64,000 bases of DNA from Chrysomallon squamiferum (taxonomy: Eukaryota > Animalia > Mollusca), in NCBI GenBank assembly GCA_012295275.1, contig CM022668.1:9796001-9860000 (forward strand), in the 5' to 3' direction. The notes beneath the pieces were generated by a model. It was not told the DNA's origin, searched no databases, and saw only the letters and a list, made by a program, of their open reading frames with translations. Every line of letters begins with the position of its first letter. Positions within the stretch are counted from its first letter, which is position 1. The position numbers and the translations under genes are program-made. Below are positions 33,633 through 45,954 of this stretch, one piece after another.

Positions 33633-33912
33633 AGATGTTAATAAGATGACTGTATTCATAGACAGCTGCTCCCAGTAAGATTTCACTGGGAATTATAAAA
33701 TAATGAAAATGTGCTTGAGGCATGAGTTAATGGTGGATGGGAACTGAAAGACATCAATATGGTGGCAATCAGAGTTGTGTCTCACAGTATTACACATTCT
33801 GAGACTGAGTTAGAAGTTTTCTTAGTCTTGTTAGTACTTTACATACCATTATTATTACATTTATTTATCTATTTATCTATTTATTTATTGTTGTTGTTGT
33901 ATTTTCGGTCTT

Positions 33913-33943
<31 letters not shown>

Positions 33944-35055
33944 TTATTATTATTATTATTATTGTTACTGTTATTATATTATTAGGGTTGTTGTTATTGT
34001 TGTTGTTGTTGTTGTTGTTATTATTATATTATTGTGTTGTTGTTGTTATTATTATTATTAAAAGTAAATTATCATTCCAAATTTTTTGTGCACATTACTC
34101 AGTACTGTTTTAAATATTAATATTATTGCTGTTGTTGTTGTTGTTGTTATTCTAGGTATAAAATTAATTTCTTGTTTTTGTAACATGCTTTATGTACACA
34201 TTTTACTTTATTATTACTAACAAATTTAAGAAAATAGTATTTCACTGTTTCATATGATTAAATCACTCTACAAAACGTTTATAAATGTATCTGCATATAT
34301 GCATACCTGTACATATATACACACATACACATGCACATTGATATGCACACACATATAAGCACTCAAACAAACACAAAATCAAAGGTAAAAATCAATTATT
34401 CGAAACCTACTGAAATCTTCCTTTGTTGTTGTTAAGTCTTTCTCAACTTAATTCTCTCATTATTTTTCCTTTCTGTTCTCTTCTCCGAAACCTTCCTGCA
34501 GTCAGCAGAACTTAATGATGTCTCTTTCATGTGGGATACAAGTATTTATCGCTAATTTTCGTGTTTTTCAAAAGTGTTAATTGTGTGTTTTATTAACTGC
34601 GGTCGTAGTCAATGTCAAAGTCACGGGTGAGCGCGAATGAGAGCGGAGCTGCAGCAGGTATTAAGTGTGTTGTGAATGCGCTGTGTTTAGTGTAATTGCA
34701 GCGTCAATCACAGCGCTGAACTGTCTTTCAAGTCTTGTTAGTGAAGAGTTTTACACACATTTAAACCTGCTGCATTAGATACATTGCTGGCCGTCAGAGT
34801 ACAAACAAAGATTTACTCAGTACAGCTTGTCTGTAGAATGATAATTGTAGCATTTTTTTTTTTTTTTTTTTTAAAACAATAACTTTATTGTATGTAAATG
34901 TTTGTGTGTGTTATGTGTGTGAGTGTGTGTGTGTATGTAAGAGAGATGTGTAGTTTTTGCGTTTTTTTTGTTAATGGGTGTTTTTTTGTCTGAGTTTGTG
35001 TTTCTGTATATATTTGTACTTGTCTGTCTATTTGTGTATTTGCATATATGTGTGT

Positions 35056-35122
<67 letters not shown>

Positions 35123-37114
35123 AGGTATTTGTCACTGTATGTGTTTGTGTTTAAATCCTTCCTTATTAAGTTATTTACTTGTAGGATCAAACCTTTCTGA
35201 TGGAAAACAAAATTCAAAATATAATAATAATAATATTTTCATTTGATCTATTCATGTAATTACATAAACATAATTTTACTATATTTAGTTACAAAACATA
35301 TTGATACTAATAATAATTTCTTTTCTTTTCACTTTCTTAATAATGTTACCAACTTATTAATTTAAAATAATTGTTAACTTTTATCTGTATGTTTGATTAG
35401 TTGATTCACAGAATTATTGTTTACATGATAAACAGAAGAAAGAAAAAATAGAATGGGAAAAAAGATTTTTAAAAATAAAAGGAAAGGAATATAAATGTTT
35501 TTATAATTTTTTTTTTTTTTTTTTATGTTTTTAATAATGAAAACAAAATTTCACCCCAAAATCTGCAAACAGAATAATCTAAAAATATTTTGTGATAATA
35601 AAATAAAATTTGTATAAACAAAAACAATTTGAAAAGTAAAATAAAATAAATAAAAACATAATATAAATAAATAAAATCAAAAATGAATCTAGTATTAATA
35701 AAAGAACAATAAAAATACTCACATAAAAATGAATATTATTGAGTAATTTTATTTAAACAAATAAATAAATTCAAAAAGAATCTAGTAGTAATAAAAAAAT
35801 GAAAATTATTGAGTATTTTTATTCACATTTCTGTCACACGTCATTGATTCATTTCACAGTCATTTTCTTTGTCAAATATTAGTTTTTCTTCACAACACAA
35901 GTGAAATACCTGCTCCAACACCAAACAAACACCAAGTCCACTTACACCTGGAGTTGAACCCACATACTTCTTGTCACAAATCAATCACCATGGCAGTTGA
36001 TTATCAAGGTAAACTATTGACAAAACAGAGAAACTTTCATCAATATTTTGAGCATCGTTTTTTTAAAATCTGATCTGTTACGATCAGATATAATTTTTTA
36101 ATTTTTTTTTTTTTTTTTTTTTTTTTTTTCGGTTAGGAGTTTTCCTTCATACTTCACCTGGGTCGATTTTTTCATGGTTGATGTAAAAACTCTGTAAATT
36201 TGTTCAGTAAGAAAGTATGGAATTAGGCTCAGAGGATTACATATAATTTTCTTGTGATGATCAATAGTGGAAAAACAGAGTTAGTAATTATCGCTATACT
36301 TTTTAATAATTGCGAACTCTTCATCGCAGAAAACACTTTTTTTCTTTTTTCTTTTTACGTTACCTGGATACATCAAAACATTGGCCTTTTTTTATTTCTT
36401 TCTTTTTATTATTATTATTACATATTGGGTATATTTTTCTTTACTTTTTTTCTTTTTTTCTTTCTTTCATTTTTTTTCTTTTTTTTTTTTTTTTAGTTTT
36501 TTTGTCTCATATATACATTGCCATAAAAAAGGATTATTTCACAAGCTCTTCAGCAAAGATTATCATTAACGATTTACTGATATAAATGTAAATTTTTGAT
36601 CACGATTTTAGGAATTAATTATTCTTTCTTCATGTGTATCTCTTTTATGATGATGATTTTATTATTATTTATTCAAATTTTTAAATAAAACTTTCTTCAA
36701 AAAAAATATATATATAAACAGCTGTCTAATTAAGAAAACAGAATTAATTTTGTTCTTTTGTTGGTTAAATCCATTTTTAATAAAGTTTTGCTTCATTCAT
36801 GTTTTTTCAAATTGACGAAAGTGACGTAGATTTCTAAATAGAACATTATTTTTGTGAATTCTCTAATACAGGGATTAGGTTTAATATTAATCCATATTTT
36901 CAGAAAACTCAGTGATTTTGTTGTTTCTTTTGTGTTAATGGAAAAAGAATTAATAAATTTCAAGAGCTGAAATTTATTAAATAATCTGCAAATTTAAATA
37001 AAATATATATATATATGGTTTAATCATGTTACAGAGAGAAATAAATAAAAAGTAAAACAAAATAATAATTACATACAGGCACTTTCAGCCCTTTATTATT
37101 TCAGTCAACTTGTG

Positions 37115-37128
37115 GTAACCATGGCAAC
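37115..37128. promoter_or_regulatory. RFX X-box
   Basis: GTAACCATGGCAAC. Confidence 0.45.
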
Positions 37129-37559
37129 CAATAAAACAAAGAGAAATTCTGTATAGTAATAAAGAATTTTAAAAAGATCAATGACATTTTATTTTTTTTC
37201 CCTTTTTTTTCCCAATAATTTTTTTATTTTTTCTGTTTGTCTTGTTTACCAATGGATAATTAAAACAAAAACATAATGCTACTCATAACTAAGTTTGATT
37301 TTTTCGACTTTTATGTTTTCTCAAATAACAATTAAAAGTCATGCATGAAAGTAAATGTACAATTTTTTTTTTCTAATTAATGGCTGGTTAATTAACGATC
37401 TTATGTTTACCTTGTTTATCTATTTTAATACGTCACTGCTCGTTAATAATATTTATTTTGTTGTTGATGTTTTGCAAAGTTTCTTTTGTGTTTGTTTTTG
37501 TAAACATTTGTTTGTAAAATATTGACAAATTTTTCAGCGAATTGATGTCTTCGTAAGGA

Positions 37560-37605
<46 letters not shown>

Positions 37606-38540
37606 GTGTTCTGTTTCTTTATGTGCACAGTTTATGTATGTGTAAAAGATGTGAATGTATGCTTACATGTGTATGTTGCTATAAATATATTCCAAGTTTT
37701 ATGTTCAGTTATTTTTATTTAAAGAAACAACAACAGCTTAATGAGTTAACCATGTATTTATATGTAAGTATGTATGTATCTATGTATGTATGTATGTATG
37801 TACATGCATACATATTAATAAAATTTGGTAATGAGTTAACAAATATTTGCACGTTTTTAACAATTCTGAATTCTGTGTTAACGACATCAGACATCTGTTC
37901 ACAATTAGACATTTTCTTTTAATTATTTTCATTTTATTTTTAACATTAATTTTGTATTTGAAAAACATTTACCCACACACTTCACTGTTCCTCCACTGTT
38001 TCTGTACCAGTAATCAATAAACCAGAGGGAAGAAGAAGAAGAGAGAAGAAGAAAAAAGAAAACTAATTAGCAGATTATTAATTTTAATATATCATGGATT
38101 TACGAGCAAGGATTAAAACTGAAATCCCATGTGGTAATCAGCACATCTGATGTCAGCAGTGAAAGCAGTGTTGCAGTTGTGAAACATCAGCGTGCGCAGC
38201 GGCGTGTTTTGGAAAAACAGGGCCGTGGCTCATCTGCTGTTAGGTTTCTCTTCATAATTAGCGATCTGAGGATTCTGCCGTCAGCCGAGTTAATCAATAA
38301 CTGAATACTCTTTCACGCTTAATTAGCGCTCCTACAATACACGATTATACAAATCAGATTTAACAACAGGTGGGGGAAGTGGACATCTCTGTGGGGGGGA
38401 GTAAATATGGATAGGCAGGGGGGTGTTGGGTACGATTCGACAGAAGTGCTAACGATTTGCTGGCTGGTTTCACCCCTTCATCCCACCCATCCCTCACCTT
38501 CTTGTCTGTATCACACCGGTTACACAACAATACACACACA

Positions 38541-38583
<43 letters not shown>

Positions 38584-38596
38584 AAACAAACACACA

Positions 38597-38648
<52 letters not shown>

Positions 38649-38695
38649 CACCACCACACTCTGGCAGTGATAATGAGGCTTATTGTTGATGCTGT

Positions 38696-38866
38696 GTTGC
38701 CATGGAAACCTCTCTGAAGATGAGCCGTGTTTGAAGGTATCGGCAGCAGCCATTGGCTGAGAGCAACCATTCAGGAGAGAAGAGGAATGATAAGAAATAA
38801 AATGTCAAATGAAGGGTGTGGCTGTGTCTATAAAAAGGCCACGCTCGCACAGGTAGGAGTCAGTGC
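38696..38866 (+). promoter_or_regulatory. Candidate intronic Pol II promoter (X-box, CCAAT, GT-box, TATA, Inr)
   Basis: GTTGCCATGGAAAC 38696-38709; reverse CCAAT (ATTGGCTGA from 38752); GGGTGTGG 38814-38821; TATAAAAAGG 38829-38838; TCAGT 38860-38864 with its A 33 nt after the TATA start. Lies in a GC/CpG-rich island at about 38150-38970. Confidence 0.55.
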
Positions 38867-41382
38867 CAGGCAGGGTGGAGCCAGAGGCAGGACGTACATG
38901 ATGGTGATTATCAGGGGCAGTGGTGTGGTCAAGGAGACTTGTGAGATTCTGGAGGAACCAGGGACAGTCTGAATGGTTTGATTATTAATTTTTTTTTTTT
39001 TTTTTTTTTTCTAATTTGTTTGTTACTGTACATCACTTTGGAGGAAATTTTGTAAAAAAAAGTCTTGTCTGAAGGATTAATGGGAAATGTTTGGAATGAA
39101 AAAAGAAAAAAAGATTTTAGGACATTTTGATTGTTTTTGGTCTCGGAGTGGGAGAAATCTGGAATATGTTTGAAGTAGGTTTGGTCATTTCATTTCCTTT
39201 TGGTTTAGTGTTAGTATCAAATATTATTCTGTTGTTTCAGTTTTGATTGTTTTATACAAAAATTATGAATGTTTTTTTCCTTTGTTTATTCATATATCAT
39301 GTAATGGGTTACGGTTTTTGTTTTTGGATTGTTTCATGATAGTAGTTGTGTGTACTGTTTAAACTGAGATGCAGTGGAGGAATTTAAAACAGAATATGTA
39401 TTTATGTAGAATGATGCTCTGTTGAATTGAGGAGGAATTTATAACAGAATATTTTATGTAGAATGGTGTTACTAAATTAAGAGGGTATCAAAACAGAATA
39501 TGTGTTAAGTAGAATGATGCTGTGTTAGTTTGAGAATGAATTTAAAACAAATATAAAATAGAAATTGTTTTGTTAGATCGAAAAGGAATTTGAAAGAACA
39601 TGTTTAGAATAGTTTTGTGTTATAGTGAGATATATTGAAAATGCTGTGTAAAATTAATCTGATCAGATGATCAGATGAAAAATTTAAAACAGAATATTTA
39701 TTATGAAAGACTGATAGTATTGCTTAAGTCATTTTAACTGGATTATTTGTTAAATAGTAACCTTTAGAGTATATCATAAAGTTGTTTAGAATATTACAAA
39801 TTAACTAATTTATAGCACAGTAATAATGATAAAAATGCAGGTTTCAAGAAAATATATACAATGATATAACAAATTTAATGAATGTTTAACATTTCAGTAT
39901 AATATTAATTTTCTTGTACTACTACTACTACTACTACCAATAAGAATAATAATAATAATAAGTTGTTTTAAATGTAGTGTTAACATGTTCCACATTGTTA
40001 CTTCAGTGTTATATTTTGTATTTAAAATTTGACATTTTACAACCTTTAGTTAAACTATTTCAGAAATGTTCAGTTTATTAGTTTTTAAAATTATTTTAAT
40101 TTAAAATTTTAACTGATAGGCAGTTCTTCATATTTTCTTTTTCTTTCTCTTATTCATTTAAAAATTTATTTTCTTTTTGTAAGTGATGTGAATTTTGTTT
40201 TAGTTTTATTTATTTATTCTATTTATTATTCTATTTATTAATATTAGTATTAGTATTAGTATTATTATCAGTTACATCTTGTTCATTAGCTTCATTTTCT
40301 AACAATTATAATTTACATGAAAACAGGCTTTTTTTCAATTTATTCATTACTTTATTTATTTTAATGTTTATTTTCATCTGATTAATTAACTGTGGCATTT
40401 ATAAAGAATTAATTTTTATATTTTATTTGTTTATCACTTTGTTATTTTTATTTTTATTTTTTTTTTGAGTTTCATCATGGATTATTATAAAAAGCCCACA
40501 GAAAGCTTACCTCATTCTAATACAATTTTGACTCATACATCTGTGGTGGCATGTGATAATGCAGCCACTAACACTGCGCTGCGATGTCCATGTGTTCGCA
40601 GTAGTTGTAATGATAGCTTTCACTTGATTAGTGCGGCACGCTAGCATCATCCACCACAACAGCGCAGCGATGTCTGCTTTTACCAGCTTCACCACTCATA
40701 TATTATTGATGAATTCTCTCAGAAACCTATCATTAGTTCATCACAATTATCTTCTTTCTTTTTTTTTTTTTTTCAATATTTTGTCTGCCATTAGCTAATC
40801 AGAAAGCAACAACACCAGTAGAGTAATTGAGTAGCTCTGTTCCAAGGTGTGGTGGTAGGTCACGAGATCAATTCCCATCAGCTCACTGGTTCAGATGTTT
40901 TCACATTCCACCCGTAGCTCTTTAAAACATGTACAAAAGGTTTACGCTGTTGGTTTTCCTTGTTCAGTAAAGTTCATTAAAGGAATTTAAAAATTTCTTT
41001 CTGTTAGTAAAACTAGACCAAAAAATTGTGGCAGCTGTTTTCTAACTGATTATTTTTTATTATTTTTTTTTTTTTTTTTTTTTTTTTTTTGCAATATATG
41101 CTAGTGATGGTTGATAGTTGTTAACACTGGAAGCTTCTAAGTGTTGAAATAAAATGACTTGTTCCAGATCCATAAGTTAATATCTTGATTACTTCTGTGG
41201 AGCAGTACAGTGCACACAGAGAGCCTGAATGTAAGGTAGCCTCTGATGTGTCAAATCTTACTGATTCAGTCCACAGATTTGCTATTCACTGCTTCTGCCA
41301 TCGTTAAAAATGTTTTAGTCTAATGGTACATCTCACTTTGTTACTTAAGAGATGACCAAATCAGAAACGGAATATATTTATA

Positions 41383-41418
<36 letters not shown>

Positions 41419-41982
41419 TTTTTTAAAAAGAAAGAAAAGAAAAACATTTATTAACTTCAGTATATTCATTTCTGGGGTCTTTTATTTTATACTTTTTTAA
41501 TTTTTTTTGTTTTTTTTTGTTATCATTTTTTTTTTTGTTATCATTTTTTTTTACATAATTTTGATTATTTCTTAAGCTTGATTTTGGTTAAGAGTAACAG
41601 ACCAGATATTAATTAGTTCAGTGTTTGATGGTAATTATATACAGTTAAGTCAAATAGAATATTACTTACAAGCAACACTATACCACATATTTTCTTAGAG
41701 AATTTTTGTGTGCGTATATATATATGGGTGTGTGTAATAGACTTCATTTGTCTAACTGCTGGCAGTTTGAAATATGATATAGTTTGTTGGTTAGACCAGC
41801 AGGAAGAACATTGTGGGTTTCCTAATCAGTGTTTTTCAATACACTTGTTGTGTTATTGTGCAACCAGAGTGATGCATGATAATGATTAAAAGGCGTAGCA
41901 TATGCTTTGGTATCTAAAATTTGTACGAGATAGGCTTTATTTATTTATTTATCTGTCTATCTGTCTGAATATCTATCTATTC

Positions 41983-42013
<31 letters not shown>

Positions 42014-42382
42014 ATAGTTGGATTTAATTCTAATTTGTATTTTGAACATTTAGTTTTTTTCATTGATTCTTTCTATATTCATTTAGTCTTATTCATGAAT
42101 GATTTTAGTCATCTACTTAGTTACTTTTAATTCTTAATTTATGGATTCATCACCTTTAAAAAGATTAAAATAAAAATAAAATATAAAAATAAAATAAAAT
42201 AATAGAAATAAAGAAATAGTGAAAAATAAAATACAAACGCTACCATCCATTCAACTTCTGACAACCAGTTCACTCAAAACTGTACTTGAAATGGGATCTT
42301 ACTCAGTAATTTCTGATTAAACAAGACTCTTTGTAACACTTGTATGTTCTGGTGCATATTAGATTAAAGCTTCAAGTTGTGT

Positions 42383-42466
42383 GTTGCCATGGTAACAGAC
42401 AGTTGTTTTGATTGGTCGACTAGCAGGTGTTGTTGGACGTGACTTGAGAAATTGGTCAGATATTGG
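42383..42466. promoter_or_regulatory. X-box followed by three reverse CCAAT boxes
   Basis: GTTGCCATGGTAAC 42383-42396; ATTGG at 42411, 42451 and 42462. Confidence 0.45.
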
Positions 42467-42664
42467 TACTGGTCAGCTATGAAAATAATTACTCAGTTTT
42501 TGATTGTTTTTCACTATCTGCAGAAATTTATTTTTCTGTTGCATTAGGAGAGATTTTGTTTCTCTCATATTTTATTATTAACATTTTTTTTTTATCGTAG
42601 TTAATTCCATTTATTTATTTTTCTTTATTATTTATGTCATTTATTTAATTTTAATACTGAAATC

Positions 42665-42704
<40 letters not shown>

Positions 42705-43847
42705 TATTAATCATTAGTCACATGTTTTGTGTTAATATTAACTGTATTTATTTGTTTAATTAAAATATTATGTACAAGTTTTAAAATAGATATTAGTAAA
42801 ATTACCACAGAAATTTTAATTAATGAATAAGAAGTATCTAAACTGCAGAAAGACAGTGAATTACTTTGTAAAGCATTTATCAGTGGTTACTCTCATTTTG
42901 TTTCTTACTTTGGAATGGGTTACATATTACTCTTACATACTTTATAGACCTTACTTGGAAACTGGTCACATATTAAACAGGCTATATTACTATATACATA
43001 TAGCAGCTAAAATGTAAAAAGATTCTCTAAATTGTTATAAAGTGCAACAGGGGTTATTCTCACATACTTTATGTACCTTACATGGAAAATGGTCACAGTT
43101 TTGTTATTAATCAGCTTAGGTTTTATATGCTACTGTACCACAAATTGAAAACTGTTTGAAGATAATAAATTTCATCTGAGGAAGAAATCCATTATGGAAG
43201 GTGATGATGAATTGATGAGGGGTTTATTAGATGAGTTTTGTAACTACTTTTATGTAATTGAGTTGTAAATTACTACTGCTAGTGTGTTACAGTGCTTAAA
43301 GACTTGACTGAATGAGAGAATGAGCAAGTGAATGAATGAATGAATGAAAGAATGACAGTGTGGCACAAATTACTGATATCTAATTAATGTGTGTTAATTT
43401 AAATTAATAAAACATTGTAATTATCTGTACAAAAAATATAAATATTTTATATAGGTAACAATAGTTTCTTAATTTAGGTCGGTGAAGTGTAATTCTCTTT
43501 TCTCTAACATACCAACTTACTAACTTCATGAATTATTATAATTTTAAAATAATAAAGAATTAAATGAAAAAATGTGTAAAACTGACTACAGAATTGTCAG
43601 AATCATAAAACAGAAAACTGTAATTAATAAAATGTTATCAGAATAATATGATATGCTATAAATCTGATATGACAGAGATATCAGTATACTGTGTAACTAT
43701 ACTGTGATGATGCTAATGATGTGTTGTAAAGATAACTGAAACAGAGCTGTATTTATTATTAAATACATTTAAAGTTCTGTTACAGTGTTTTGTATATTAG
43801 AAGTATTTAAAGTTTAGGTACAATGATTTAGTTATTACGGATTCTGT

Positions 43848-43895
<48 letters not shown>

Positions 43896-45020
43896 GCAGT
43901 TCAGTGTATACTTTAGTATTACCAAAACAATGCTTTAAATAAGCTTTTAAATTACATATATTGTTATTATATATATATATATATTTCAAATAATCCATGC
44001 TACTTTAATAAATAATAGATAAAGTAAGTTGGCAATATTTTACAAACAATGTCATATACCACTATTAATATATAATGTTAAGTTTCATGATTTGTGAAGA
44101 GAGTAATTATTAATAAATAAATAGTTTTTTAAAATTAATTTACAGATAGAAGTGACAAAAGAATAATAAATTATAATACACTGGATAATAGATAAATATA
44201 TAAAAATTAGTGATGTAATTGAAATTTATATTAGGAATATAATTTCTTAAAATTTTATAACCATTACATTTCATATTAACTGACATAAAAAAAATTCTGT
44301 AATATCAATATTTTTTTTTTTTTAATTTTCTTTTTATTTTGTATGTAGAGATGTCCTCCATTTAACTCTGTTTATTTATAACTGCCCTATTTTCTACACT
44401 AAAACTGTAGCTAGATTTTGATTTTCATAGATAATATTTTATTTTTATGTTTTGTAAACTGCTGTTTGAATTATATGAAATAGTTAGCTAAAATAGAGGT
44501 TCATTTCTTTGTGTAAGGTTAATGGACTTCTATCCAAGTTGTATTTTTGTTAATTCAAAACCTGAGTGGATACAGTCAAGTTTTATTCTTGTCTTTTGAG
44601 TTCTTGTTTTGCTTGGTTTGATAGCAGTCAAGTTTTATTCTTGTCTTTTGAGTCCTTTTTTTTTGGTTTGATGCAGTCTTGTTTTTTTCTGGTGTTTTGA
44701 GTCTTTTTGTGTTTGGCTTAACTTGATGGTTTTGAATTTATATGATTTGCTACTTTAGAGTCTGGAAAATCTTTTGTCAGCTGTGATACTGTTTTACTTC
44801 ATTGTTATATGTATTCATGTTAAAAAAATTCAAGTTAGTCACTTGAAGTTCAAATATTGGTCTCCTGTTGTGGTTTTTAAAATAGTTTTTCTCAGTATTG
44901 AATGGACTGTTATAATTAGTTGTGCTACAAAGAATTTGTCTCAAATCTTAATTTAAAATGTGGAGATAGTATGTCAGCTGACAGGTCACATGACTTGATA
45001 TGCTGACATGTCACATGACT

Positions 45021-45109
45021 TGGTGCTATGACACGTCAGTGCATGACTGCTAGATACGACATATGACAACCTATCAGCAGTTGTACCACTGATTTGTTAT
45101 GACAACCAG
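45021..45109 (+). ncRNA. mir-1992: pre-miRNA mir-1992 (5p arm about 45034-45056, mature 3p 45074-45096)
   Basis: 3p arm TCAGCAGTTGTACCACTGATTTG matches the miR-1992 mature sequence of molluscs/annelids as recalled. Hairpin visible by eye: ATGACA/TGTTAT, GTCAGTG/CACTGAT, ATGACTGCT/AGCAGTTGT, GATA/TATC, a ~15-nt loop, and basal TGGT/ACCA. Confidence 0.92.
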
Positions 45110-45257
45110 TTTCACCATGACAACCAAGCATCAAAACTGCAACCATCTGAACTTGGATTCTGCTGTGTCAACCAAATTTCACTCTGCATGTAGAGTCAAC
45201 TTCCATGTGTCATCCCATCAACATGTTAACCAGGAAAGAGTATCAACCATTCAGCTA

Positions 45258-45342
45258 TATCAACCACTGTACCATATCAGCCACTGTACCATATCAGGCA
45301 CTGTACCATATCAACCATTGTACCATATCAGCCACTGTACCA
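45258..45342. repeat. 17-bp tandem repeat, 5 copies
   Basis: TATCA(A/G)(C/G)CA(C/T)TGTACCA at 45258, 45275, 45292, 45309 and 45326. Confidence 0.9.
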
Positions 45343-45394
45343 TATCTGAAACAGCTTTTCTCCATCAACCAACACATCAACTGAGTCAACCAGC

Positions 45395-45408
45395 GTTTCC
45401 TTGGCAAC
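45395..45408. promoter_or_regulatory. RFX X-box-like motif
   Basis: GTTTCCTTGGCAAC, 300 bp downstream of mir-1992. Confidence 0.4.
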
Positions 45409-45888
45409 CATGATACAACATCTACCAGTAGCCATAAAAAAAAACAAGGAACCTTACATCAGCCAGTTACTTTTAAACATTCGACTTTTTTCTTTTATTT
45501 ATCTGATGTCAGAGAAGCGACAGATACTTTGTCCACTGATGTCCACTGTTGTCCACTGAATTCCAGACACCGATTTTGTCATCCACAGTCTGTTGTGGTC
45601 AAGTCATTAACCAGAAATATGAATGTCCAGACACCACATCACAGTTTTACAAGTTGGCCATTACAACTGGAGAGTTGCAATAGCAACAGCTACGCAAATA
45701 TACTTCATACTTAGCAGGAACTGACTGTATCCTTGGCTGAAGTTGATATCTCAAGTAAAAATTTCAGAATGAAAAAACAGAAATTTGTGAAAACTAAGAA
45801 GCCTGAACAGAGAAACATTTTTGAATCATCATTGTCATCATTATATTATTATTACTTTTTTTTATTATTATTTATTTACATATTTATT

Positions 45889-45954
<66 letters not shown>

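Noticed and set aside
38727-38972. 81-aa ORF as a nested protein-coding gene
   Set aside because: It starts at TTG upstream of and across the TATA box with no homology; the ATG at 38898 gives only about 24 codons.
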